A stretch of DNA of 64,000 bases, taken from Mobula hypostoma (taxonomy: Eukaryota). Position 1 is the first letter of the stretch. The number at the start of each line of letters is the position of its first letter. Below the pieces are notes generated by a model. That model searched no databases. It worked only from the letters and a program-made list of their open reading frames with translations, and had not been told where the DNA came from. A program made the translations under genes and the position numbers. Where the stretch lies: contig NC_086118.1 of the NCBI RefSeq assembly GCF_963921235.1, positions 29,390,001-29,454,000 of the forward strand. The letters run 5' to 3'. This document shows, piece after piece, positions 51,956 through 63,317 of the stretch.

Positions 51956-52334
51956 GACTTTAGCACATATCCCTAATGTTACAGTTCCGCAGTGCAACCT
52001 TCAATGGGACTCTGGAATCAACAGCCACAGCAAATGTTCCTGAATGATCTAAGAAATGTACAGGATGCTACAGGTTTGTTCATTCATTGTGGTCCAGTAA
52101 AGTGAGTGCTTGAGCAAAAAGCTTAAAAGGTGCAAAGCTAATTAACTAGTAAACATCCCAGCCATAAAGGGAAATTAAGTACAAAGGAAAGTTTTAGTAA
52201 TGAATGAAAAAAATTAATATGTTAAACGCATTATCTATAAACCATGATGACTGGTCAGCATGTTGCGAAGGGGCTAGTTACACTTCTGGTTTGTCGAGGG
52301 AATAAGATTCAATAGTTTCCGTGGAAATCATTGC

Positions 52335-52575
52335 TTTTAAAATTATTAAGAGGTACAGGATAGTAACAGGCCACTCTGCCCCAGTAAGGCCGTGCTGCCC
52401 CATTACACCCATGTGACCAATTAATGTTCTAATCTAAATGTCTTTGGGAGGAAACTGGTGCACCTGGAGAAATATCATGGGGAGAAATATACAAATTCCA
52501 CACATACATTGGTGAAATTGAACACATATTCACTGGTGCTCTGATGGTGTGATGCTAACCACTATCCTACTGCGC
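52335..52575 (-). mobile_element. Degraded V-SINE/HE1-like SINE
   Basis: gggaggaaactgg.gcacctggaga..catggggaga..tacaaa.tcc..gctaaccacta motifs. Confidence 0.6.
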
Positions 52576-53453
52576 ACTCCTGTGACTACGCTTGGTATAA
52601 ACCTGTATCAAGAGTAAATTACAGCTTGAAAATAGACTGAAAATGTGAGAAATACTCAGCAAGGTAATATCTGTGGAGAGGGAAATGGAGTTAAGAGGGC
52701 TGGATTGTGCGGACTGGCCCACCATTTGGCGGTGTTGCCAGCTCACCCTCTCATGCTTGTGCTTCCCTCTGCCTGTTATCAGGACCTGTCATCCTCAATG
52801 GCAAAGAGGAAGACTATAAATGTTGATCTCCTAGTGGCATTCGCCACTCTTGTGTGATAGTGAATAATGAAAAAAACATTTTCTGTAACACTGTATGTGT
52901 AACCAAGATTATCAGTATCTATTATTTTTCTACATCCAACCAAGACCCAGACCATGAACTTATTGGCTAATTGCACATGCGTTCCTTTGGTGTCTGTTCT
53001 CCGTGCAGCTTTCCAGCTCTCTGACCTGCTGGACTTCATCAGTTGTCGCAGCCAAACTGGTGAACGGCTCCTCACTGCCAGCGGGTACAGGCAGCCTGGA
53101 GGATTCCAGGCATCAAGCAGTACATTCTTGCTCGAGTGCCAGTAGTCTGAAGGAATTGGATGATTGCCACTGTACTGACAGACTGGCAGTGTTGAGAGCA
53201 TTAGTTCTGCCATTATGTAAGAAGATCACTGAATCATCCTCTTTGCAGATTCTGGCTGTCCCTGGGTTGGGGCCTAACAATCTGCTCCATAGAAAGCTAG
53301 AGAACTGTCAAAGCCATTGCTATGTGTGACATCCAGAACAGTGATGATGTTCAGGTCAGAAATGAACAGGTGATATCTACAAACACACAGAAAATGCTAG
53401 GGGAACTCAGCAGGTAAGGCAACGTCTATGGACGGGAATAATCAGTCAACGTT

Positions 53454-56172
53454 GGGTATCGATGGCGTAAGAAGAACAAGGAATGAGGTTCTGCTGAGGG
53501 AAATTGAGCAGACTAAATTCAAACAAAGAACCAAAAAGGTAATAACCTCTGGAATGTTAGCTCAGCCACACACAAATTGGCTCAGGGTTAACAAGACAAG
53601 GGGGCTAATTGCGTGGTTCAAAGATTGGGGTGAGGGAAGTGGGTTTCAATTCATGGGACATTGGCTCCAGTGTAGTGGAAGGAGTGATATCTGTTCTGAT
53701 GGAATATACTGAAACTGAACCATCTTGAGGCCAGGGTCCTTATGAATTGCATAACAAGGGCTATGGATAAGGTTTTAAGCTAAATATTAGGAGGTGCCTT
53801 CAACAACTTGGAAAAGTATGGATAAAGTAAAAGGGAAGGAGAGTGCAGGAAAGTTTAGTGAAGTCCACCAGGAATGACAGTAGAGAAATAATGGCTGGAG
53901 TTTCTGGGAACAATTCAGAAGACGCAGGATCGGTTCATCCCAAAGAAAAAGAAGCATCGTAAAGGGAAGATGAGGCAACCGTGGCTGACAAGGCAAGTTA
54001 AAGACAGCAGTAAAGCTGTGAGAGCATACAATATAGCAAAAATTAGTGGGAAGCTGGAAGATTGGGAAGCTTAAAAAAAACAGAAGGTAACTAAAAACAC
54101 AATAAGGAGAGAAACGATGAAATATGAAGGTAAGTTAGACAATAGCATAAAAGAGCATAACAAATATTTTTTTTCTGATATACTGTACAAAGAATAAAAG
54201 AGAAGCAAGCGTGGATATCAGACCGCTGGAAAATGATGCTGGAGAAGAGATAATAGGGAACAAGGTAATGATGGACCAACTGAATAAATATTTTGCATCA
54301 GTCTTCACTGTGGAAAAGACCAGTAGCATGCCAGGGGCAGAATTGAGTGTTGTCGCTGTTACTAAGATAAAAGTGCTTGGGAAGCTTAAAGGTCTGAAGA
54401 TAGGAAAGTCACCTGGAACAGATGGACCACCCCAGCATTCTGAAAGAGATAGGCAAAAAAAATTGTGGAGGGATTAGTAGAGATCTTTTAAGAACTGCTA
54501 GATTCTGGAATGGTTCTGGAAGACTGGAAAATCAGAAATGTCACTCCACTCTTTAAGAAGGAGACAGGCGAAAGATTGGAAATTATAGGCCAGTCAGCCT
54601 GAGCTCAGTGCCTGGCAACTCCATTGTTAAGTGTGAAGTTTTGACATGTTTGGAGGCACATGATAAAGTAGGCCAAAGTCAACATGGTTTCCTTAAGCAG
54701 AGATGTTGCTAGACAAAGGGGTGGCTCAGTAGCGTAGTGATTAGCACAACACTAAACAGTATAACTGACATGGGTTCCGTTCCCGCTGCTGCCTGTAGCG
54801 AGCTTGTATGTTCTCCCTGTGATCACGTGGGTTTTTTCCAGGTACTCTGCTTTCTTCCCACAGTCCAAAGGCATACCAATTGGCTATTGTAAAATTGTCC
54901 TGTGATTAGGCTAGGATTAAATAAGGAGATTGCTGGGCAGCACCCTTCAAAGGTTCAAAAGGACCTATTCCACACTGTACCTCAATAACTAAATAAATAA
55001 ATAAAGACCTGTTGGAATTCTTTGAGGAAATAACAGGTAGGGCAGACAGGAGAGCCAGTGGATATTGTGTATTTGGATTTTCAGAAGACTTTGACAAGAT
55101 GCCACAAATGAGGCTTGTGAACAAGATAAGAATTAATGGTATTACTGGAAAGATACTAGCATGGACAGAAGATTAGCTGACTGGCAGAGGCAATGAGTAG
55201 GAATAAAGGGGGCCTTTTCTGGTTGGTTTCCAGTGACTAGTTGTGTTCTTTAGGGGTTGGAGTTGGGTCTGCTACTTTTCACTTTCTATGTCAATGATCT
55301 GGATGACAGAATTGATGACTTTGCAGCCAAGTTTGCTGGTGATAGCAAAGATAGGTGGGGGGGGGGGGCAGGTAGCGTTAAGGAAGCAAGAAGTCAGCAA
55401 AAGGACTTGGACAGATTTGGAGAACGGGCAAAGAAGTGGCAGATGGAGTACTGTTTAGGGAAGTGAATGTTCATGCACTTTGCGAGAGGGAATAAAGACA
55501 TAGACTAATTTCTGAGCATGGAACAAATTCAGAAAGGCTGTGGGAGTCCTAGTGCAGGATTCCCAAAAGGTTAACTTGCAGATTGAGTCAGTAGTCAGGA
55601 AGGCAAATACAGTTTTAGCTTTCATTTTGAGAGGAGCATGGGTGTAATGCTAAAGCTTTATAAGACATTGTCAGACCATACTTGGAGCATTCTGAGCAGT
55701 TTTGTGCCACATATCTAAGAAAGGATGTGCTGGCTTTGGAGAGGGTCCACAGGAAGTTTACGAGAATAATCTTGGAAATGAAAGGGTTAATGTACAGGTA
55801 GCATTTATGGCTCTGGAGTTTAGATGAATGAGGGTGGGGGGTGATCTCATTGAACCTTATCAAATATTGAAAGGCCTAGATATAGTGAATGTGGAGAGGA
55901 TGTTTCCATGAGTGGGTATTCTAGGACCAGAGGGCACAGCCTTTCACCAGAGGTTGGTGAATCTGTGGACTTTATTGCCATAGACAGCTATAGAAGCCAC
56001 ATCACTGGGTATATTTAAAGCAGAGGTTGAAGTTTCTTAATTTGTAAGTGAGTCAAAAGTTATGGGGAGAAGACAGGAGAATTGGGTTGAGAGGCAAACA
56101 AATTAGCCTTGATGGAAGAGACTTGATGAGCTGAATCACTTAATTCTGCTCCTATGAATTATGGTCTTATGG
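53454..56172 (+). mobile_element. Long degraded CR1 (ORF1 esterase part, deletion, ORF2 RT and C-terminus)
   Basis: RTRNEVLLRE..GFQFMGHW; LNKYFASVFTVE..KSPGTDG; YVNDLDD..KFAGDSK; (ttatggtc) tail. Confidence 0.88.
54718..55004 (+). mobile_element. V-SINE/HE1-like SINE nested in CR1
   Basis: A box tagcgtagtg, B box ggttccgttccc; V-like cgtgggtttttcc.ggt.ctc.gctttc..ccacagtccaaag; (aaat)n tail; CR1 RT resumes after it. Confidence 0.82.
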
Positions 56173-56339
56173 ACTTCTCAGGCCGAAACCCTTCAACAGG
56201 ATTTCTGGGTGCTTCAGGTCCGATGAAAGTTTTCAACCCAAAACATCAGCTGCTTATTCCCCTCCATAGATGCTGCCTGACCTGCTGAGTTCCACCTGCA
56301 TTTTGTGTGTGTTGCTCAGCAGCTGCAAAATCTCTTCCA

Positions 56340-56940
56340 TCAGTGAAGTGTGTCCTTTACACTAAGAATGTGATTAGTAAAGCTGCAATTGACACAAAAG
56401 GCAGTAGTTATGTAGACTGTGAGAAGGACTTTGGGACAACTATTAAATATAAGGTATACACACAATATGGTCAGACCTGAGTGAGTACCGAGTATCTTGG
56501 TGTACAAGTCCAAAGATTCATGAAGGTAGAAGCACAGGGAGGTAAGCTGGTAAAGAGGACATATAAGATATGACTTCCTCATTGTATAAAAATATTCATT
56601 GGGCACAGCTGGAGTACCGTGAACAGTTTTGGACACCAAGGTCTGCTAGGAGCGGAGACCTGAAAGAGATACAGAAAATTATGAAGGATAGATGATAGGA
56701 AACTTTTTTCACATAGCAGAGGTGTCTAAAATATGAAGGTATTGGTTTAGACTAAGGAGTAGGGGATCTGAGAAAGAGGAGTTTCACCTAGAGAATGATT
56801 GGAATCTGGACCATACTGCTTGAGTGGGCGGTGGAGCCAGATACTCACACAATGTTCACAATCTAGTTGAATTCAGACTTGAAATGCCAAGGCATAGAGA
56901 CTGTAGACAGAGAGCTGGTAAATGAGACTAGTGTAATTGG
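56340..56940 (+). mobile_element. Heavily degraded CR1 3' fragment
   Basis: Decayed RPQLEY..QFWTP, RGDL.E..KIMK and RMIGIW..L motifs. Confidence 0.55.
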
Positions 56941-57666
56941 TTGTTCCTCATATCGCCCAATAACAGTTAAGCTTGTGTAGGTCTTCATGATGTGAACTGC
57001 ACAAAGAAGAAACCTGTGTGGGAGAATTTTTAAAGTGAAAAAGGTATTGTACTGGGGCAGTTCCACTCTCTCAGCCTTGTCCAAGTACAAGTAGTCATCA
57101 TAGCCACGGTCTTCCTTGGTTACAGTAGACGACCGTGATTTCTGTGCTCTGTCATGCCCTTCACCCTCCATGAAGCGTTGCCGAACCATTTTCTTGGGCA
57201 TTGGATCTCACGGTTGATGTCATCCACCCAGAGCACCAGAACCAATTTCACATGCTGGGACAGGCATGTCCCAATCTCACCAGAGTATCAGGCCCTCTGG
57301 TTACCCTCACCTACTTGCCGGAGCGGTGTATCAGGCTGTGGCTACTGTCACATGCAAACAGCTACTTGGAGTTACAGGTCAGAGCTGAGTGTTTGGTCAG
57401 GACCAAAGGTGAGCGAGCTGTTCCAGAATGGGCATGAAAAGCCCTTCCACTAGAAATGTGACCCCTCCTAGGATCAGTATAGGTGGTCAGCATGGGCATG
57501 GTGTGTCAAAAAGGTGTGACCGACATTGTCAGATGAACATATTCTTCCAAGCATGTTAATTATATCTGAAAGACTGAAATCAACACATGCTGTAGTCTAT
57601 CATCTGAGGGCATTCATCATATTTCTTAACGGTTGTTTTGCTTTGATTATAAGCACTTTGATATCA

Positions 57667-57884
57667 AAGGAGAACGTCGACTCAGACCATGAGAGGCCTG
57701 TGTCGGGCATTTTCATGCTTTACAAGGCACAGATTGGAAGTCTGTTTGGGGCGCCACTCCTCGCACAGACGAGAGCAAAGTGAGATTAAGCGCCTTGCTC
57801 AAGGGCACAAACATGCTGCCACAGCTGAAGCTCGAACTAGCGACCTTGACGTAACTAGACGAACGCCTTAACCACTTGGCCACG
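57667..57884 (-). mobile_element. tRNA-derived CORE-type SINE with a different tail from the 18052 copy
   Basis: Head cgtggccaagtggttaaggcg..tagttcga; CORE-like gtgcccttgagcaaggcgcttaatc. Confidence 0.75.
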
Positions 57885-58187
57885 TTAAGGTTAATGATTT
57901 GCGGGATTCTGGACTTGCGTTATAAAAGACATATCTCATTTCAAGAGATGAGTATCTGATAAAGATTCAAGGTTAAAAGTATGTATAGATGAATTTATAG
58001 CCACATTTTATTGGAATTACAATATCATTCAAAATGTAGGTATCATTTATTTGAGAAATCAGTATCTTTCCCTTTTCATTATTCTCTTTCTTAAGTAAAC
58101 AAAAAAACATGCCCATCATTTAAAATTCTTCCCATCTGCATACCATGTGAGCACAATCCACACCAGCAAATGTGTGGGAAAGAAAGA

Positions 58188-58520
58188 AAGATTAGCTTTA
58201 TTTGTCACGTGTACATTGGAACATTGAAACGTACAGTGAAATGCAACCTTTGTGTCAAGGACCATCGCAGTCTGTGGATGTGCTGGGGCAGCCCACAAGT
58301 ATTGCCATGCTTCTAGTGCCAACACAGCATGGCCACAAATTACTAACGCTAACCCTAACCTTACATCTTTGGAATGTAGGAGGAAACCAAAGCACTCGAG
58401 GGAAACCCATGTGGTCATGGGGAGAACGTACAAACTCCTTACAGTCAGTGGCAGAATTTGAACTGAATTTGAATTTCAACTGGTGGTAGCTGATGCTGTA
58501 AAGCATTGCACTAACATTAC
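58188..58520 (-). mobile_element. V-SINE/HE1-like SINE
   Basis: Reverse complement resembles 28958-29280 (catgggtttccctcgagtgctttggtttcctcctacattccaaagatgt; gtgacaaataaagctaatcttt tail). Confidence 0.8.
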
Positions 58521-59247
58521 AATGCCCTAAAAATATAATTCAGAGGACTAGCACAGAGTCAATATTCCAGTACAGCACTGATAAGTGTGGTACAGTTAAA
58601 AATGTCTTTAGGTGTTTAGTTGGGTACTATCCTCCCAACTCAAGATGAAAATTTCCATTTTGAAAGAAGAGGAGTTAGTTCCTCTGTCTATTGACAGCAC
58701 TAACTGTGGTTCACATATTGCTCCTTCCGGGAGCCTATTGTGTGCAAATTGGAGGCTACTTTGACTGCACAGAGTGGCTGTAGAGCACTTTGGTTTGTTC
58801 TCGAAGGAATATGAATGGATCTTTAGAAGTGTCAATCTTCCCTTTTTCACCAGAAACCTGTGCCCATCAGTTAGGAACAAATTGCATTCAATGATGTAAA
58901 AGGTGAACTGTTGGCTTCAATAAAAGTTTGACTTTGCATCCATGATTGTTAACGTTTACTCAATGATATAATAGGTTATTGTAGTCAACCAGCAAACATA
59001 ATTCCATATTTTATTGATATAGTTGCACTGAAATAAGTCAAACAAAGACTGCCATTGTGTGTATTGGAGATGAATTTGTAAGCCTGGGCAGCCTACTCCA
59101 AGTTTCCAACAAGTGAGGAATTTAATCTTTCTTACTTCATTTGTAAACAATGTAAAAATAATCTAAAAACAGAAGAATTACTGTGTATTCTCTCAGTGGA
59201 AAATGACATGATTTTCAGCCTCTAACCTATGAAGACTTATAACTGCC

Positions 59248-60119
59248 TGTTACATACCCCGTAACTGGGTTGCCAAACCAGCAGAACTGGATCACTCAGT
59301 TGGAGTCTGGATTACTAGAACTAAGAAAGTTTTATTAAAGAAACAAGCAACAGAGTACTCTAATCAAAAGGATAATGAATGCAACAGTTCAGCAATGATA
59401 AACATACATGTACACAGAATTAAGATAACAGGATCAATCAAGCTCTATCGTTGTCTAGGGGTAAATGACCAGTTTCAAAGTGACGCAAAGTTCAGTTCAA
59501 TTTAGTTCAGTTCAGTTCGCAGTAATCGCTGCCGTGGCGATGGACAGTGGGGGGGAAGGAGAGAGAGAGCAAAAATGAATGAATATTCAAGGCTTCCAGA
59601 CAGACCTTCGCAGTCAGCTTTCAGGGGAGTCCTTTGTGATGTCATCTGAGGTCACCGACCGTGACCCCTCCGTTTCCAGATACGATCGTTTCCCTGCACT
59701 GAACCTGGCACCCAGGCAAGGGTGGACACACACCAGGTTCCCGCTGATCGTGCCTTTCCACCCTGTGCGTTTATGGCCCGGTACTTCCCACCGACTTGTG
59801 AGAGACGCACCGCTTCCAGGGTCTTGTTACCTTGGGTGTCGTGTGTGTACTGCCTTAGCGAATCTGTCCCTTTTTATCCCCCTGCTGGGGTATCGCCCGT
59901 CCATCACTTCAAACAGTTCAGGGTTCAAAGGGGGAGCCGCTCTTGTCAGCTCTCTCCTTCTGTTACTCTCTCTCCCATCCCTTCATTAACATCTCCAAAT
60001 GCTGCTCCATTGTTTTCCTTATCTCTCTCTCTCCTGAAGACAGGTGGCAGGCCAACTGCTGATTCCACTGGTGCCAGCCCAGGCCAGCTACATCTTAATC
60101 TATGTGTATTCTTGTCACA
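59248..60119 (-). repeat. 3' LTR (872 bp)
   Basis: TGT...ACA termini; matches 63318 onward; abuts the PPT. Confidence 0.93.
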
Positions 60120-60133
60120 CTTCCCCCCCTTTA
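60120..60133 (-). other. Polypurine tract
   Basis: Minus strand aaagggggggaag immediately before the 3' LTR. Confidence 0.88.
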
Positions 60134-60199
60134 AGGATTTTTACCGGGGGTAAAAATTACAAACATGAATACATTATTTGATACACACACAAATACACA

Positions 60200-60778
60200 T
60201 CTTTATCAGCTATTTGGCTAATACAGCGAATTTGAAGTTGTCAACACCTGACAGACAGTCAGCCATCACATTTTCTGTTCCTTTCATATGTGTTATTAAT
60301 AATCCCTTAGACCAGGCTCCAACTTATCAAACTTCATAGTGGCCAAAAACACTGATGAATTGCGATCAATGTAACCTCTCACTGGGTTTCGTCCCGGACC
60401 ACAATAACAAAGGTCGTCCCATTCCGACTTAGTTTTCTCTCGCAAGGGCTTAGTAGGAGGGGGAGGGGTAGTGACCACAGAGTTATTGCAAAACTTCCTA
60501 CAGTACCCCACCATCTCCAAGAGCCTCCTGAGGGCCCTCTTGTCTGTCGGGGTTGGGATGTCAGCGATAGCCTGCATTGTAGCTTGCATCGCTGCCAGCT
60601 GCCCCTGTGTCACCACAATTCCCAGGTAAGTGACCTTCATGTGGCCGAACTCATTTATTTCAAGGTTCACTATCAAGCTGGCTTCAGACAGCCGTATTAC
60701 ATTGCCAATACACACCTCTGTGTTCGTCAGCCCTTTAGTCACTGAATTACTCATTCTATATGAATGTTGCTCGCTAGG
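60200..60778 (-). pseudogene. Deleted RT/RNase H remnant
   Basis: EVCIGNVI in place of YIDD; VTYLGIVV..AIADIPTPTDKRALRRLLEMVGYCRKFC; KGTENVMADCLS. Confidence 0.85.
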
Positions 60779-63218
60779 CTACTCTAGTGTAACAAGCACC
60801 ACCCAACATCCCAGTTCTTTGCATCGCCTCGGGACAATCAAACACACGTCTGCGAGTCGTTTAATTACTTCTCCTAAAGAGTCGCTTTGTTCGGGGATTA
60901 AGGGAGAGACCTTATCAGCAGACCTGGCCAAAACAATAGCCTTCTCCCATCTGGTCGATACCATACTCATCTTTTCAAAATGGGTTTTTTCTCTTATGGG
61001 GGGGACCCTAGCTTCATTGATTTCCGCGCTAATACCGACTAGGTTTGTTAGCATATCAAAAGCCTGTGACCGTCTCAGTTCGCGTCGGCCATAATCAATA
61101 ACATCCTTCCTCCGGTGCAGCCGGTAAACCTCTTTCATGATTCCACCAACTGTTCCCTCCAGTACCGTAAAATGTCCACCGGGGGGTACCTTGTGGGCCA
61201 GGTTAAAAACCTCATCCCCGTAACTCTTTTGCACCACCCCCCATTCCTCATCTGCGGGTACGGTACTTGGTTTCCCTCTCTTCCTTAGCACTTCCTCCTC
61301 CACACAATAGCCTACTGGCTCCCTTCTTAATTCTGCGTCAGAGAGAGCCGTCTCCACCAAAACCATCAGCCCCTCGTCTCGCTCCTGCGCCTGCACAAAT
61401 TCTTTCCTGGCTAATGCTACGTCTGTCTCAGCTCCCTCACTACCTCTTGTTTCACTACACTCCTTCTTTTCACTTTCTACCCCCTTCTCATACAAGGCTG
61501 GCAGAAACGTCTCAGCTAAATTTACTACCGCAGCCCCATGAGGAACCTGTGAGTCCATGGTCGGGGCCTCAATGCTGGCAGGCTGACCTGTCAATCTCAC
61601 GGCTGGGAACACGATTCCCCCGGCAACGTCATTACTGAGCAAGACTTCCACGCCTTTCATCGGTAATTCGGACGTCACCCCGATTGTGACTAGTCCAGAG
61701 ACCAGGTTGCTTTGTAAGTGTACCTGGTGCAAAGGGACTGTCTCTGCCCCTTCTCCAATACCTTTGACCTTGACCTCCCCAGTCTGGGTCTCTGAGCTAA
61801 ACTCTAATACACTCTTCAGTATTAGTGACTGACACGCTCCCGTGGCTCTCCAGATCCGCAGTGGAACTGGTTTTAACCCCTCCTTCACTGACACTAATCC
61901 GGCCGAGATAAGCTTCTCGCGCCCTTCCTGAACTTTGGCAGACCTGTCCTGTCCTAGCGGTTCGTTTACCAGCTCGATACAGCCAGTCGAAATTGCCGTT
62001 TTTCCTTTTCCCGTCTCCTTCTTTGGGGCAAAGCACCTGGACGCAAAGCGTCCGACTTTCCCGCAATTATAACAGATGACCCCAGGAGACTTCCTACCAG
62101 ACTGCTCCCGGTCTACTTTATCCTTCTCACTTGTCCCCGGCTTACTTTCTGACTTTTCTGGTGGACTCTCCCCACCGTCCTGACTACTCTTCTGGTAGCC
62201 CTTACTCGGGGCAAACTTCATTTTATGCGTCAATGCATACTCATCCGCTAACTTAGCAGTTGCGGCTAACGTGGCTGCCTCTTTCTCATCTAGGTAGGGT
62301 CTCATACCCTCAGGGACACAACCTTTAAACTGCTCAATCAGGATCAACTGTAGCAGTCTGTCATAATCCCCCTCTATCCCCTTCGAGGCGCACCAACGCT
62401 CACAATATGTCTGCATCTCACGGGCAAACTCCAAATACATGCGGTCCCACTGCTTCCTCGCATTCCGGAACCTCTGCCAGTATGCCTCCGGGACCAACTC
62501 ATAAATCCTGAGGATGGCCTCTTTCACCACCTCATACCTCTGGGCATCTTCGGCGGACAAAGCTGGGTAAGCTTGTTGGGCTTTCCCTTTCAGTACACTC
62601 TGAAGTAAAACAACCCACTTATCCCTCGGCCAGTCCTGACTTATAGCCACTTTTTCAAAATGGAGAAAGTACCGATCCGCGTCGGTATCGTCAAATGGGG
62701 GAACCAGCCTAACCTCCTGGGTCATCCAGAACCCTCCACCTTGGTTCGGCATGAGCCCCTGCTCGGCCCTTATCTTTAACTTCTCCAGCTCGAATTCCCT
62801 TTCCCTCTGTTTCTCCTCTCACTCCAGCTGTCTCTCTCTCTCTCTCTCTCTCTTGCCTTTCTAACTCTCTCTCTTTCTCCCGCCTTTCTAACTCTCTCTC
62901 TTTCTCCTGCCTTTCTAACTGCTTCTCTTCGTGTTCTAACTGCCGCACCCGGAACTCGTGCTCGAGTCTCAGTTTTTCAAGCTGCACCTGTACTGCGTCT
63001 CCAGCAGGTTTTTCAATAGACACCACCTCTAGCTCGCCTCGGGGAAACACACCTTTAGATACATAGTGCTCTACGATAGCTCTGTGTATCTCCTCTCTCC
63101 TCATTGTCGACTTCCCCTTAGCAAGATTCAACCGTTTGGCCACAGCTACCAATTCCAATTTCCTGGCATCCCCTAATGCCTCCAAGGTTGGCGCCTTTAT
63201 AATTTCCTCAGCCTCCAT
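60779..63218 (-). pseudogene. gag: Gag (coiled coil, SCAN/capsid-like, Zn knuckle)-protease-integrase N-terminal remnant; frameshift in a (GA)n tract and TGA near 62820
   Basis: ORFs 62709-63218 and 60779-62752: LVPPFDD..YFLHFEKVA..W..LLQSVLKGKAQ; ELVPEAYWQRFR..LILIEQF; CYNCGKVGRFASRC; IWRATGACQS; LAHKVPPGGH. Confidence 0.88.
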
Positions 63219-63294
63219 TTCTGCCGTTTGTCTTTTCTTTCTTTCAGGAATTTTGACCCAATCAATTTACTCCGTCCCAAATTTAGTGTTCAAA

Positions 63295-63313
63295 ATCCCG
63301 GACGAGAACCCCA
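63295..63313 (-). other. Primer-binding site, tRNA-Pro-like
   Basis: Minus strand TGGGGTTCTCGTCCGGGAT versus the canonical Pro PBS TGGGGGCTCGTCCGGGAT; 4 nt from the 5' LTR. Confidence 0.85.
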
Positions 63314-63317
63314 CTTA

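Larger units (their letters stand above)
53378..56316. mobile_element. Penelope-derived foldback element (arms about 53378-53453 and 56173-56316) split by a CR1
   Basis: Left arm is the reverse complement of 56242-56315; decayed hammerhead-like cores in both orientations. Confidence 0.65.

Noticed and set aside
52779..53329. Overlapping ORFs (144 aa on -, 108 aa on +) behind a splice-acceptor-like site
   Set aside because: No recognisable protein family and no partner exons; cannot be supported as a host exon without homology or RNA evidence
49726..60119. Solo LTR and Gmr1-like LTR both 872 bp and both starting tgttac
   Set aside because: No internal similarity seen; treated as coincidence
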